From: an uncultured bacterium
Lineage (GTDB): Bacteria; Verrucomicrobiota; Verrucomicrobiia; Limisphaerales; UBA8199
NCBI GenBank assembly: GCA_963749495.1
Contig: CAVVMW010000022.1
Span: forward strand, 416,001-480,000
Length of the DNA: 64,000 nucleotides
Direction of reading: 5' to 3'
The notes beneath the pieces were generated by a model. That model did not search any database. It had not been told where the DNA came from and worked only from the letters and a program-made list of their open reading frames with translations. Both the position numbers and the translations under genes were made by a program. This document shows positions 41,133 through 51,479 of the stretch, in pieces. Each line of letters opens with the position of its first letter. Position 1 is the stretch's first letter.

Positions 41133-41498
41133 ATGAAGACAACCTCAAAACGCTTGCTGTTCTGGGCTCCTCGGGTGTTGTGCATCCTCTTTGCGGTTTT
41201 TCTGAGCCTCTTTGCCCTGGACGTGTTTGACGAGCATCTGGGGTTCTGGAAGACGGTTCTGGCCCTGGCAATTCATCTGATACCGAGCTGGATTGTTCTT
41301 GGCGTCCTGGTGTTGACGTGGCGCTGGGAATGGATCGGGGCAATTCTGTTCAACCTGCTCGCCGTCCTGTACGTGGTCATGGCTTGGGGGCGGTTTCATT
41401 GGTCGGCGTATGCCCTGATTTCCGGTCCGTTGTGCATCGTGGGCGTCCTCTTCCTGCTGAACTGGCTACACCGAGCAGATCTTCGCCCCAGTGCTTGA
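41133..41498 (+). CDS. Four-TM hypothetical membrane protein
   Basis: WAPRVLCILF..FLSLFALDVF, HLIP, WRWEWIG. Confidence 0.8.
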   Translation: MKTTSKRLLFWAPRVLCILFAVFLSLFALDVFDEHLGFWKTVLALAIHLIPSWIVLGVLVLTWRWEWIGAILFNLLAVLYVVMAWGRFHWSAYALISGPLCIVGVLFLLNWLHRADLRPSA

Positions 41499-41579
41499 GG
41501 TGGCGCGGTTCGGTCGCCAAAGACCAAGTCCAGTCTCCTCTCGTGTTCTGGCCCTCTCAACCTCGAGTATTTTAGCCCC

Positions 41580-41867
41580 ATGGTCGCCCTCACCAATGCC
41601 CAAATCCGCGCTCTCAAGGCCCAGGCTCAGCGACTCAAGGCCACGCTCAAGATCGGCAAGGAAGGCGTCAGCCCGCAGTTCCTCGCCGCCCTGGACCTCG
41701 AACTGGATCGTCACGAGCTGGTCAAGGTGAAGTTCGACGAGTTCAAGGAGCAGAAGAAAGAACTCGCCCCACAACTGGCCGAGAAGAGTTGCAGCCATTT
41801 GGTCATCCGGGTTGGCAACGTCGTGGTGCTCTACCGGCCGAAGCGAGAGGAGGAGAAGCAGGGTTAG
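41580..41867 (+). CDS. yhbY: CRM-domain RNA-binding protein YhbY
   Basis: LTNAQIRALKAQA, IGKEG, HELVKVKF, VGNVVVLYR. Confidence 0.92.
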   Translation: MVALTNAQIRALKAQAQRLKATLKIGKEGVSPQFLAALDLELDRHELVKVKFDEFKEQKKELAPQLAEKSCSHLVIRVGNVVVLYRPKREEEKQG

Positions 41868-42555
41868 GGATCAACGAGGCCGGTCAACGTGGATTTGGGC
41901 TCTCTGTAAACAAGGCGCCGTCGATTCGTCATTTCCCGTTGCCGTTTCCCTGGGCGGCCTATAGAGCGGGAAATCGGAAACGCCGCCTCAAAGACCAGCC
42001 GCCGTCCGGTTCAGGTCTCTCGTCAGCGGCCATACGACCAAAAACTGCATGATCCCGTTGAAATACCCGTCTTTTCAGCTTTCCTGGGGGGTGTCAGCGG
42101 TAGGGCCAAGTCGTTAACGTGCGTCCTGGGGCAAGCTGGGGGCTAAGATTTTCAGACGAGTGGGCGGTTGGTGGCGCGAGGGCTGCTTTGGGCCGATGAG
42201 GAGACTTCAACGGCAACGTGCATTGATTGAGCTGCCAATTCCGCTCCAATTGGCGAGAGTTTTGCATGAGAAAGATCCCAGGTTCGAGCACTGTCGCCTC
42301 CAAGATCCATGCACGGCAACACCCTCAGATGCTGGTTCCAGGAGCGGTTGAGAATTAGTAAATGCAAACAACTGTCATGGGATCAAAAAGACTTCCTTTT
42401 TCTAGATCTGATACTGCGATCTGATACTATATGCCCGAAAATGGGTCCGTTTGGGGGCGAAATGGGGTCGAACATGAACAACTCGCAAGCGGAGATCAGG
42501 CTCGTCAGTATTGATGATTCCTCGTGTGTCCACTTGAGGGCACAACTATTAGTTC

Positions 42556-42596
42556 CGATTATGAGTCGCCTGCTCTAACCCCTGAGCTATGGGCCC
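42556..42596 (-). pseudogene. 5' half of a tRNA with CAT anticodon (Ile2/Met-like); att-site remnant
   Basis: Reverse complement GGGCCCATAGCTCAGGGGTTAGAGCAGGCGACTCATAATCG; no T-arm or acceptor 3' strand follows. Confidence 0.75.
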
Positions 42597-42699
42597 AACA
42601 AATTGAAAATCAATGACTTGCAGCGGCTGTGAAAATGCGGGCCGACCATTTGATACTGTTTGCACGAAAACTGATCAAACAAACCAAAACGCAGCCAGC

Positions 42700-42813
42700 G
42701 GCACTCAGTTGAACCGGGTGAAAACGCCGGTCGCCAATCTAGCCCGTTACAAGCCATCAGGGACATACTTCGCCCGGGTGCGCATCCGGGGCAAGCTCTT
42801 TCTGCATATCTGA
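42700..42813 (+). pseudogene. Tyrosine integrase N-terminal fragment
   Basis: KTPVANLARYKPSGTYFARVRIRGKLF, then stop. Confidence 0.6.
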
Positions 42814-43313
42814 AGCGAAGGAAGATGGAGCCGGTCAAGCGCAAGAGGTTCAAGGACCTCGTGCCCCCTGCTTGTTGTTAAGGAGGAGTTCGACCTGGGC
42901 ATTCGAAATGAAACCCCGACCCAACGCGAGGGACGGCATCGTGGATGGAACGGGACGGGCTTCGGACCCGGAGCGGGTTGAGCAGAATTAAATCTCGGAT
43001 ACTTCCGCTGCTCTGTCGGCCCCGTGGGCTGAAAACAGAGAATCCTAGTGATTTCACATACCTGGCGGCGGCGTGAGCCTTTGGCCTGGCACCATGAATG
43101 GGCTGGGCGGGCTGCGCCACGGCCAGGATGCTTTCAGGGAGTCGCCTGCACTGTCCCGATTGTGCGGCCCAGGCGCAGCCGGGAGCTGGAAAGGGACCAC
43201 CGACTAATTCAAACGCCACCCAGGGCAAACTCGGGCCATCAGTGCTGCCTCAAGAGCGTCCGCTGACTCTCCCTTCGGGGGCTTCTTGAACAGAAAAGGC
43301 TGCAGGACCTATA

Positions 43314-43529
43314 TCAGTTCCGGGGACGCAAGGTCCACAGGATGGCAACGCCTAGGCCAGCCAGAGCGAACGTGCTAGGCTCGGGAATGGCGGTCATAAC
43401 CAGGTCCATGCCGGCGCTCGTATCCCACCCTGTGATTCCAGCGGGGCTGGGCCTTCCGCCCACCAGCGTGTAGTCAGCAGTAGCGTTCACGAAGGCGACT
43501 ACACCAGTACGGGTATTCGCCTCTGTCAT
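43314..43529 (-). CDS. PEP-CTERM protein, probably a C-terminal fragment
   Basis: IPEPSTFALAGLGVAILWTLRPR. Confidence 0.8.
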   Translation of the reverse strand: MTEANTRTGVVAFVNATADYTLVGGRPSPAGITGWDTSAGMDLVMTAIPEPSTFALAGLGVAILWTLRPRN

Positions 43530-43563
43530 CCGCGCGCCGAAGGCCTAAACCGGGACAGCCAAG

Positions 43564-43782
43564 TCAGCGGATCTGATCGGCTTGGAGAGTGGCCCGGTAT
43601 TCTTCCTCGGTTAGGCCTCTGACCCGCCCGGTGGCGATGTCCTCGATTCGGCGGATGCCCTCGGTGACTGCTTCATTCAGCGACGCGGGTTCCACCACGC
43701 TCTCAACCAGGCGACGGGCCAAATCGAGCCGTTCTTCGGGCGGCAATTCAAGTGCGATACGGACCAATTCTGCTGAACCCAT
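43564..43782 (-). CDS. Addiction module antitoxin-like protein (TIGR02574-like), orphan
   Basis: ALELPPEERLDLARRLVESV...RRIEDIATGRV. Confidence 0.8.
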   Translation of the reverse strand: MGSAELVRIALELPPEERLDLARRLVESVVEPASLNEAVTEGIRRIEDIATGRVRGLTEEEYRATLQADQIR

Positions 43783-43897
43783 GCTTGAAATTTACCTCGT
43801 AGCCGGCTGAAAACAAGCCCCTAAACGTCTCCGCTGGGTGCGAGACAAAATAGTAACCATTAGACCTGTTCATTTCCGCGTATTCCGCGTATTCCGC

Positions 43898-44696
43898 TCG
43901 CAGCCCATAAGGCTGCCAGTCCAGCCGGTGGAAGTCCGGCGATGGTAACTGACGATGAACCATACAGTGATAACCGACACGGGAAGGGGCGACCCGACCC
44001 GCGAAAGCTCGGTCGTAAAAGTCCTGGCCGGAGCAGGGCGAGCAACACCTCCAGGCCGTAGCATAAAGCGAAAGCTGCAGCTTCGTTACGCTACCCACGG
44101 GTTCCGGATTCGTGGGATTTGTGACTGCCGAACCGGTGCGAAAACGGCGAAGGCACAACCAACGATGAAGGCATCGTCGCAGGCAATCGTTGGAGTCACC
44201 GGAGTACGGGCGGCGGCATGGGGTGAAAGGACTGGCAGAGTAAATTGGGGACCCTCTGGGGCTGGCGGGTTGGTCCCGCAGCCTGGCGGAATAATGCATA
44301 AGCCGCTGGGTGGCCAACAGAGGCGCACATGTGGCCATAGTAAGCGACGAGCCGACCGGACAGCATAACCGGTTGGGGAGCCAAGGGCCACTGGACCCGC
44401 GGTCGTGGTCAGAGGTTCTCGGTGCCGCTTGGACGCAAGTCCGACTACGGAACAAACGCCGGGGACGGAGATACCGACAGTGACGGCCTATAAGCGGGCG
44501 GTAGCACGCCCGCGAAGGTGGCCGTGGCGTCAGGCGGGTTTGAAGCCGGTACTGGGGAAAACCCACCGTACGGAATTTTAGAGGGGGCAGAGGAAACGAA
44601 GTGGATGGCTTGATGACCGTTTGCCACGATGCCCGAAAGGGCCGATACATTGGAAGTCATTGGCCTAATCATGTTCGCGCCTCTGCTCTACTCGAT
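43898..44696 (+). ncRNA. ORF-less group II intron
   Basis: Domain V GAAGCCG(G)TACTGGGGAAAACCCACCGTACGGAAT at 44542-44576; domain VI ending CTCTACTCGAT; GGCCATAGTA domain III entry; no RT ORF. Confidence 0.85.
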
Positions 44697-44735
44697 GGTT
44701 CATTCTTCTTCGCAGCTTTGCTAGCCTCACCCGCC

Positions 44736-45143
44736 ATGAAAACCAATCTTATTTACGAGGCAGAATCCTACCAGCTTATCGGCGCGTGCTTGGAGGTTTA
44801 CCGCGAAAAGGGTTGCGGCTTCCGCGAGCCCGTTTATCAGGAGTGTATGGAGATTGAGTTGCGCCTGCGGGGAGTACCGTTTGTCCCCCGGAAGCCCTTG
44901 GCCTTGGAATACAAAGGCTGTCCGCTTCGGGCCAAGGACGAGCCGGACTTCATCTGTCATGAGAAGATCATTCTGGAACTCAAGGCGGTGGGCGAGTTGG
45001 CGGACGAGCATCGGGCGCAGGTGCAAAACTACCTCAAGGCGACCGGGTTCAAGCTCGGGCTGTTGGTCAACTTCGGCCATTATCCCAAGCTCCAAATCGA
45101 GCGCATCGTGGCGGAGCGGGGCCGATACGGCTATGGCACCTGA
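44736..45143 (+). CDS. GxxExxY protein
   Basis: KGCGFREPVYQE, PDFIC, IILELKA, AQVQNYLKATG..LGLLVNFG. Confidence 0.95.
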   Translation: MKTNLIYEAESYQLIGACLEVYREKGCGFREPVYQECMEIELRLRGVPFVPRKPLALEYKGCPLRAKDEPDFICHEKIILELKAVGELADEHRAQVQNYLKATGFKLGLLVNFGHYPKLQIERIVAERGRYGYGT

Positions 45144-45147
45144 GGGC

Positions 45148-45176
45148 AACCGCGGAATACGCGGAATACGCGGAAA
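45148..45176. repeat. 9-mer tandem repeat; inverted copy at 43873-43897 plus 44697-44700
   Basis: AACCGCGGAATACGCGGAATACGCGGAAA is the exact reverse complement of the rejoined left copy. Confidence 0.9.
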
Positions 45177-45343
45177 ACAAAGCCGTTCAGCGATCCCGGG
45201 TGGGGATTGGCCGGCATTGGGGGCAGCCCCATTCCTTGCGGTTGCATCCGCATAGATACAATCACCGAAGGGAACAAACAACGCCTGCCTTGGTCTCTTC
45301 AACAGAGGTTACTTTTTTGTCCGGCACCCGTCTCCGCTCCCCG

Positions 45344-46699
45344 CTATGCGGCGGGGAGCTTGTCCCGGTTCTCATAGACCTTGAGGATGGCATCCGCGAT
45401 GTCATCCATGTCCGCGCGGGAGCCCAGGAGCGGGCCGGAGGCCCAGACCATGAGCATCTCCTGGCAGACGCGGTCGCAGTTGGGGCAGGCCATTTCCTCG
45501 CGGAACTGCTGGAGGCGGCGTGCGGAGAAGGCCCTTTGATAGGCCCGGGTCTTGATGACATTCTCGACCCAGGGTTCGCGGTGCAAGCCGCGCTCGATGT
45601 AGGGGCTCAGGCTCACGCCTTCGGCCTCGACGGCCTTGAGGAAACGGGCGCGGTTGATGCCGTTGCAGTGCTCTTTCTTATAGCTCATGGCGTAGATATA
45701 GAAGGAGCCGCTGGCGGTGCCGGGATAGAGTTTCTGGGGAACAAGGGCGGGACAGTCTTTGAGCTTGGAAGTGAGGTAGGCGGCGTTTTGGTTGCGGCAC
45801 TGGAACCGTTCCTGGGCAGTGGCCAGTTGCGGGAGCAGCACGGCCGCCTGGAACTCGTTCATCCGGTACTTGGGCCCGATCGTCTCGGTGCGCCCGCGGC
45901 GGGAGGTCCCGTGGTTGTGGACCGTGTAGCACCGGTCCATGAGCGCCTCGTCGTCGCCCAGGATGGCGCCGCCTTCGCCGCAGGCAATCGTTTTGCTGGT
46001 CTGGAAGCTGAAGCAGCCCAGCGGGGCGATCGTGCCCAGCTTCTTGCCCTGGTACTCGGCCAGGTGCGCTTGGGCGGCATCTTCGATGACGCTCAGGCCG
46101 TGTTGGCTGGCAATGGCCATGATCCGCTCCAGGTGGCAAGGCTGGCCCATCATGTGGACCGGCATGATCGCGCGCGTGTTTCCGGTAATCCTCCGCTGGA
46201 CGTCCTCCGGGTCGAGTTGGAAGGAGGCCGGGTCCAGGTCCGCCAGGATGGGCAGCGCCCGCGCGGAGAGGATGGCCGCGATGGTGCCCGGATCGGTGTA
46301 GGGCGTGGTGATGACCTCGTCGCCGGCGCCGATGCCCAGCGCCTCGACGCACGTGTGCAGGGACTGCGTACCCGAGCCGGTGGCCACGCAAAACCGGCTC
46401 CCCATCAGCCTGGCATACTCCTTTTCGAACGTGGACACCGTCCCCGAGGCGGATTGGATGCGGCACCAGACCCCGCTGCGCGTGGTCTTGACGACCGAAT
46501 CCACGACCTTCTCGTCAACGTAAGGCCATGCCGGCCAGGGCTTGTTCTTCCGCACGGGCTCGCCGCCCAGAATGGCCAGCTTTCCAGCAGTCCGCGTGAT
46601 ATCCGCGCAGACCTTGAGTGGGGACGAGGCCACGGCCGCCAGCGAACTGGCGGAGGCCGCCGCGATGAACTGCCGCCGAGTCAGATTATGCTTTTTCAT
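45344..46699 (-). CDS. DegT/DnrJ/EryC1/StrS aminotransferase with Tat signal
   Basis: TRRQFI, IMPVHMMG, IEDAAQAH, FSFQTSKTIACGEGG. Confidence 0.93.
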   Translation of the reverse strand: MKKHNLTRRQFIAAASASSLAAVASSPLKVCADITRTAGKLAILGGEPVRKNKPWPAWPYVDEKVVDSVVKTTRSGVWCRIQSASGTVSTFEKEYARLMGSRFCVATGSGTQSLHTCVEALGIGAGDEVITTPYTDPGTIAAILSARALPILADLDPASFQLDPEDVQRRITGNTRAIMPVHMMGQPCHLERIMAIASQHGLSVIEDAAQAHLAEYQGKKLGTIAPLGCFSFQTSKTIACGEGGAILGDDEALMDRCYTVHNHGTSRRGRTETIGPKYRMNEFQAAVLLPQLATAQERFQCRNQNAAYLTSKLKDCPALVPQKLYPGTASGSFYIYAMSYKKEHCNGINRARFLKAVEAEGVSLSPYIERGLHREPWVENVIKTRAYQRAFSARRLQQFREEMACPNCDRVCQEMLMVWASGPLLGSRADMDDIADAILKVYENRDKLPAA

Positions 46700-46896
46700 G
46701 TCAAGAATGGGGGGTCGAGGTCGAGGGTTGAGGGTCGAGGGACTGGACACCCGAGTCAGATCCGGGACGGAACGCTGGCCCCGGCTTCGCACACAACAAT
46801 GCCCAGAATGAGCGACCCTGTTGCATAGTGCTGTGAAGGATAGGCCGGGGGGACCCCTCCGGCAAGAGGAAAACGGGGCAAAAGCGGCAGAGGACT

Positions 46897-47098
46897 GCCG
46901 CAGTCGGTCGAGAGCACCAGCTTGTCGGCGGGGATGTGCTGGAGGCAGCGGCGGATGCGCTCGGCGATGACGTTGGGGAAATCGGCCTGCAAGGTGCGGT
47001 GGCTGATGACGCCGACGGCGACCTTTTTCTTGAGCGAGCTTTTGTAGCGGTCGAAGAGGGGCAGTTCCTTGAAATTGTTCTCCGTGGCCTCGATGGTC
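46897..47098 (-). pseudogene. Fragment of cobalamin-independent methionine synthase-like protein
   Basis: KKVAVGVISHRT...IAERIRRCL.HIPADKLVLSTDCG. Confidence 0.75.
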
Positions 47099-47104
47099 CA
47101 GATT

Positions 47105-47380
47105 AGTCCACAGTCCACAGTCCACAGTCCAGAGTCCACAGTCCAGAGTCCACGGTCCACAGTCCAGACCCAGGATCCCGAGAGCATCGTGGGCCGCCGA
47201 CCACGGACTCTGGACTGTGGACTGTGGACATTTGAGTGCGGAGTGCGGAGTGCGGAGTGCGGAATGGGCCCGGGGGGGCAACGGCTGGAAAATGGGGGTG
47301 ATGAGGGGCTTCCGAATGACGAATGACGAATGACGAATGACGAATCCGGACTGCGGACTGTGGACTGTGGACTCTGGACT
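47105..47380. repeat. Cluster of heptamer tandem repeats (AGTCCAC/GTGGACT, TGCGGAG, GAATGAC)
   Basis: Read directly; includes inverted arrays. Confidence 0.9.
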
Positions 47381-47382
47381 AA

Positions 47383-49172
47383 TTAGTGATATTCTTGGAG
47401 CGTCTTGACCCCGTAACCGCTGCGGCGCAGGGCCGCGATGCCCAGGGCGGCGGCTTTAGCCCCGCTCATGGTCGTCATAATGGGCGTGCCCGTATAAACG
47501 GCGGTCGTGCGGATCTTCACCTCGTCGGCGCGCGGGGTCTGGCCGGCGGGGGTATTGATGACAAGCTGGATCTCGCGGTTCTTGAGCAGGTCCACCGTGT
47601 TGGGCCGGCCCTCGGTGAGCTTGAAGACGCGGCGGACCTTGAGGCCGGCCCGTTCGAGGACGGCGGCGGTGCCGCTGGTGGCAATCAGCTCGAAACCCAG
47701 GTCTGCAAAGAGCTTGCCCACCTCGGCCACGTCGTCTTTGTGGGCGTCGCTCACGCTGATGAAGACCCGGCCGCTGAGCGGGAGCGGCCCGCCGGCGGCC
47801 ATTTGGCTCTTGGCATAAGCGATGCCCAGATCCGCGTCCAGGCCCATCACCTCGCCCGTCGAGCGCATCTCCGGCGAGAGCAGGATGTCCTGTCCGTGAA
47901 AACGGTTGAAGGGGAACACGGACTCCTTGACCGCCCAGTACTTGGGCCAGATCTCGCGTGTGTAGCCCAGCTCCTTCAAGGACCTGCCCGCCATCACCTT
48001 GGCCGCCAGTTTGGCCAGCGGCACGCCGATGGCCTTGCTCACGAACGGCACGGTGCGCGAGGCGCGCGGGTTGACCTCCAGGACATACACCTTGCTGCCC
48101 TTGACCGCGTACTGAACGTTCATCAGGCCGATGACCTTCAGTTCGCGCGCCATCGCGTGGGTGTAGTCGCGGATGATCCCGATGACCTCCTGGGAGAGCG
48201 TGTGCGGCGGCAGCACCATCGTTGCGTCCCCCAGTGTACCCCCGCAAACTCGATGTGCTCCAGCAGGGCGCCGATGACAATCGTGCCCTCCGCCGCCTCG
48301 GCAAACCGGCCCACGTCCGCGATGCAGTCCACGTCCACCTCGGTGGCGTCCTCCAGGAACTGGTCCACCAGGACCGGGCGCTCGGGCGAGGCCTCGACCG
48401 CGAAGCGCATGTAGTGCCGCAGCTCGGCGTCCGAATAGACGATCTGCATGGCCCGCCCGCCCAGGACGAAGCTGGGGCGCACCAGGATGGGGTAGCCCAG
48501 GCCCTTGGCCACCTCGATGGCCTCGGCCTCGCTCGTGGCGATGCCGTTGGGCGGCTGCGGGATGTCCAGCTTGCGCAGCATCGCCGCGAAGAGCTTGCGG
48601 TCCTCGGCCACCTCGATGCTTTGAGGGGAAGTGCCCATGATGTTGACCCCGTTTCGCTGCAGGCCCAGGGCCAGGTTGAGCGGGGTCTGGCCGCCGAACT
48701 GGGCAATGGCGCCCCAGCACCGCTCCCGTTCGTAGATGTGCAGCACGTCCTCCAGCGTCAGCGGCTCGAAATACAGCCGGTCGCTCGTGTCGTAATCCGT
48801 CGAGACCGTCTCGGGGTTCGAATTGACCATCAGCGTCTCAAACCCGTCCTCTTTCAGGGCGAACGAGGCATGCACGCAGCAATAGTCGAACTCGATGCCC
48901 TGGCCAATGCGGTTGGGGCCCCCGCCCAGGATCATCACCTTGCGCCCCTCCGAGGCGCGCACCTCGTCGTCGCCGCGGTCGTAGGTCGAGTAATAATAGG
49001 GCGTGTAGGCCTCGAACTCCGCGGCGCAGGTGTCCACCAGCCGGTAACTGGGCACCAGCCCGTGCTCCTTGCGCAAGGCCCGGATCTCGTCCTCGGTCCG
49101 GCCTGTCAAATTGGCGATTTGCCGGTCTGAGAACCCGAGCGATTTGGCCTTGGCCAGTTGTGCTGCGTTCAT
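47383..49172 (-). CDS. carB: Carbamoyl-phosphate synthase large subunit, C-terminal half only; frameshift near 48235
   Basis: [60 protein letters not shown] domain. Confidence 0.92.
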
Positions 49173-49348
49173 ATCGTGCAACCAAATCAAACCGGCAAAG
49201 CAAAGCCCACCAGGGGCCGATTGTCCAGTGCCGACTTGCGCCCTGCAGAATCATTTGACTTCCGGAAAGAGGCAGAATCATTTGTGGCAAAATCATGGGA
49301 AGGAGGGGCCTGCAGCCTAATCCACCAATCCATCAATCCACCAATCCA

Positions 49349-50656
49349 TCAATCCACCAATCCCCCCCTCCCCGCCGCCCCCCGCGCCGGCAACCTCTTC
49401 CGGACCCGCCTTTTGTCCAGCACGGCGCATCGGGGCAGGCCCGCCTCCATCGGCGCCTTGACTTCGCCCTCGATCAAAGGCCGGGCATACTCGATGAATC
49501 TCTCGTTCGGCAGGAAACCGTCCTCGCTAATCCAGTCGCGCGGAACCAGGTGTTCGACATTGGCGATGTCGGCCAGGGGCTGGAGGCCCGTGCTCCACCG
49601 CACGGAACCGCCCGGCTGCGCCTCGCGCACGAGCTTCACCATCTGGCCGCTCTGGCCGGCCATGGCCGCCCTGACCGCCGCCTCGCCGCAGGCCAAGGCA
49701 TTGTTCGCATCGGTGAGGCTGGCCCAGTGCGCGGCAGCCCGCTGGGCGTAACCCAGCATGACCGCCCGCGCCTTGATGCCCAGCTTGCCTTGCACCAGTT
49801 CCCTGAGCTTGCCCGCCGCCCCGGCCAGCACCGGGTGGCCGAAGGCGTCCAGGCGCGCCGCGTCCGCGCCCACCTCCTGGCCGGCTGCGTCGCGGATGCC
49901 CTCGCCCACCACCACAACGCAGTACCTCATCGCCCGGATGGTCTCCCGGACTCTGTCCAGGAACTTCGCCTCGTCAAACGCCACTTCCGGCAGGAGGACC
50001 AGGTGCGGCGGATTGGCCGGCTCTCCGCGCTTGGCCAGAACGGTCCCGGCGGCTATCCAGCCCGCCGAGCGGCCCATCACCTCCACCAGGCAGCAGGCCC
50101 CGTCGTCCGTGGCCATGCTCGCCACGTCCAGGCCCACCTCCATGACCGTCGTGGCATTGTACTTGGCCACCGAGCCGTAGCCCGGGCAGTGGTCCGTGTG
50201 CGGCAGGTCGTTGTCGATCGTCTTGGGGACGCCGATGACGCGCAGTGGGCAGCCTCGTTTGAGGGCCTCCTCATGGAGCTTGAGCGAGGTGTCCTGGGAA
50301 TCGTTGCCGCCGATGTAGATGAAGGCGCCGATATGGTGCGCCTGGAACACCTCGAAGAGCCGGTCCATGTCCCGCGCCGCCTGCTCGGGCCGCTTCTTGA
50401 AATCGAGCTTGTAGCGGCAGGTGCCCAGTGCCGCCCCGGGCGTGTGCCGCAGGCCCTGGATCGTCCGCTTCCTTTCCTCGTTGAGGTCGATGAGGTCCTC
50501 GTTCAGGACGCCCAGGATGCCGTTTGCCCCGCCGTAAATCTCCTCGATGCCGCCGTGCCGCACGGCCTCCAGGATGACTCCCGCCAGGCTCGCGTTGATG
50601 ACGGCCGTCGGTCCGCCCGACTGGGCCACCAATAAATTGCCCGCCGATTCCAACAT
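49349..50656 (-). CDS. pfp: Phosphofructokinase, probably PPi-dependent
   Basis: AQSGGPTAVIN, GGNDS (Asp at the PPi-determining position), PKTIDND, EVMGR. Confidence 0.9.
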   Translation of the reverse strand: MLESAGNLLVAQSGGPTAVINASLAGVILEAVRHGGIEEIYGGANGILGVLNEDLIDLNEERKRTIQGLRHTPGAALGTCRYKLDFKKRPEQAARDMDRLFEVFQAHHIGAFIYIGGNDSQDTSLKLHEEALKRGCPLRVIGVPKTIDNDLPHTDHCPGYGSVAKYNATTVMEVGLDVASMATDDGACCLVEVMGRSAGWIAAGTVLAKRGEPANPPHLVLLPEVAFDEAKFLDRVRETIRAMRYCVVVVGEGIRDAAGQEVGADAARLDAFGHPVLAGAAGKLRELVQGKLGIKARAVMLGYAQRAAAHWASLTDANNALACGEAAVRAAMAGQSGQMVKLVREAQPGGSVRWSTGLQPLADIANVEHLVPRDWISEDGFLPNERFIEYARPLIEGEVKAPMEAGLPRCAVLDKRRVRKRLPARGAAGRGGLVD

Positions 50657-50817
50657 AAAAAACAATTTCCGGGTCGTTTGCCCTCTTTCGAGTCAGTGCC
50701 TGCGACCCGAACGGTCCGGCGCTGGAAAAGGGCGGCAAACCTTGCCTGGCCCCGCCCCCGCTGTCAAAAGGAAACCGCGTAACCGGTCAATGAAGGCGGA
50801 GACAGAGTCCCCGGCGG

Positions 50818-50964
50818 ACCCCTCACCCCGGCCCTCTCCCCGTCCGACGGGGAGAGGGAGAAGCGTCGGCAGTCCCTTGAACTTCCAGGCGTCTCTGGTT
50901 TCTCGAGCCGCCACGGAGAATCCGCCCTCTCCCCATCCGATGGGGAGAGGGTTGGGGTGAGGGG
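50818..50964. repeat. Paired REP-like hairpins (CCCTCACCCC..CCCTCTCCCC..GGGAGAGGG)
   Basis: Two inverted copies; degenerate relative at ~18071-18118. Confidence 0.8.
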
Positions 50965-51066
50965 TCTGCCCGCAGTGCCGCTCCTGCCTCCACTGAGGCC
51001 TTACGAAACCGCGCACTTTGCCCTTGCGCCCCGGCCCCGGGCCTGCTTCATTAAGGGCGGCCCTGT

Positions 51067-51151
51067 GCGCATATGGCGGAATTGGCAGACGCGCTACTTT
51101 GAGGTGGTAGTGGAGTAATCCGTGCAGGTTCAAGTCCTGCTATGCGCACCA
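51067..51151 (+). tRNA. tRNA-Leu (GAG)
   Basis: GCGCATA/TATGCGC acceptor stem, TTGAGGT anticodon loop, long variable arm, GTTCAAG, CCA. Confidence 0.95.
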
Positions 51152-51211
51152 CCTTCTTTTGAGCAGCGGGAGGGTTTTGACAAGGTTCGACTCTGGAGGC
51201 ACAATCTGGCC

Positions 51212-51424
51212 ATGAAGTCGGAAATCATTTTTGAAGTGACCGAGGCTGAAGAGGGTGGGTGCTGCGCCTCAGCCCTCGGCCTCGGCGTCAGCACGCAAGC
51301 CGACTCCCTCGATGAACTGCGGGCCATGGTGCGCGATGCGGTGGACTGCTACTTCGACGATCCGTCACAGGCGCCGGGGATTATCCGGCTGCACTTCGTC
51401 CGGGACGAAGTTTTGGCGCGGTGA
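51212..51424 (+). CDS. HicB-like antitoxin
   Basis: EIIFEVTEAEEGG..A.ALG...TQADSLDELRAMVRDAV. Confidence 0.82.
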   Translation: MKSEIIFEVTEAEEGGCCASALGLGVSTQADSLDELRAMVRDAVDCYFDDPSQAPGIIRLHFVRDEVLAR

Positions 51425-51477
51425 AGACCCCCCGGGACATCAGCGGCCCGGAACTGGCCAATGCCCTGCGGAAATGA
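51421..51477 (+). pseudogene. Truncated HicA-like toxin N-terminus
   Basis: VKTPRDISGPELANALRK then stop; coupled to the HicB-like gene. Confidence 0.6.
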
Positions 51478-51479
51478 GG

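Noticed and set aside
43748..44650. 300-aa minus-strand ORF
   Set aside because: Antisense to the group II intron RNA, with no RT or other motifs.
45200..46828. Long ORFs antisense to real genes (also 13186-14307, 49295-50635, 54870-56096, 57075-58442)
   Set aside because: Shadow ORFs expected in high-GC DNA.
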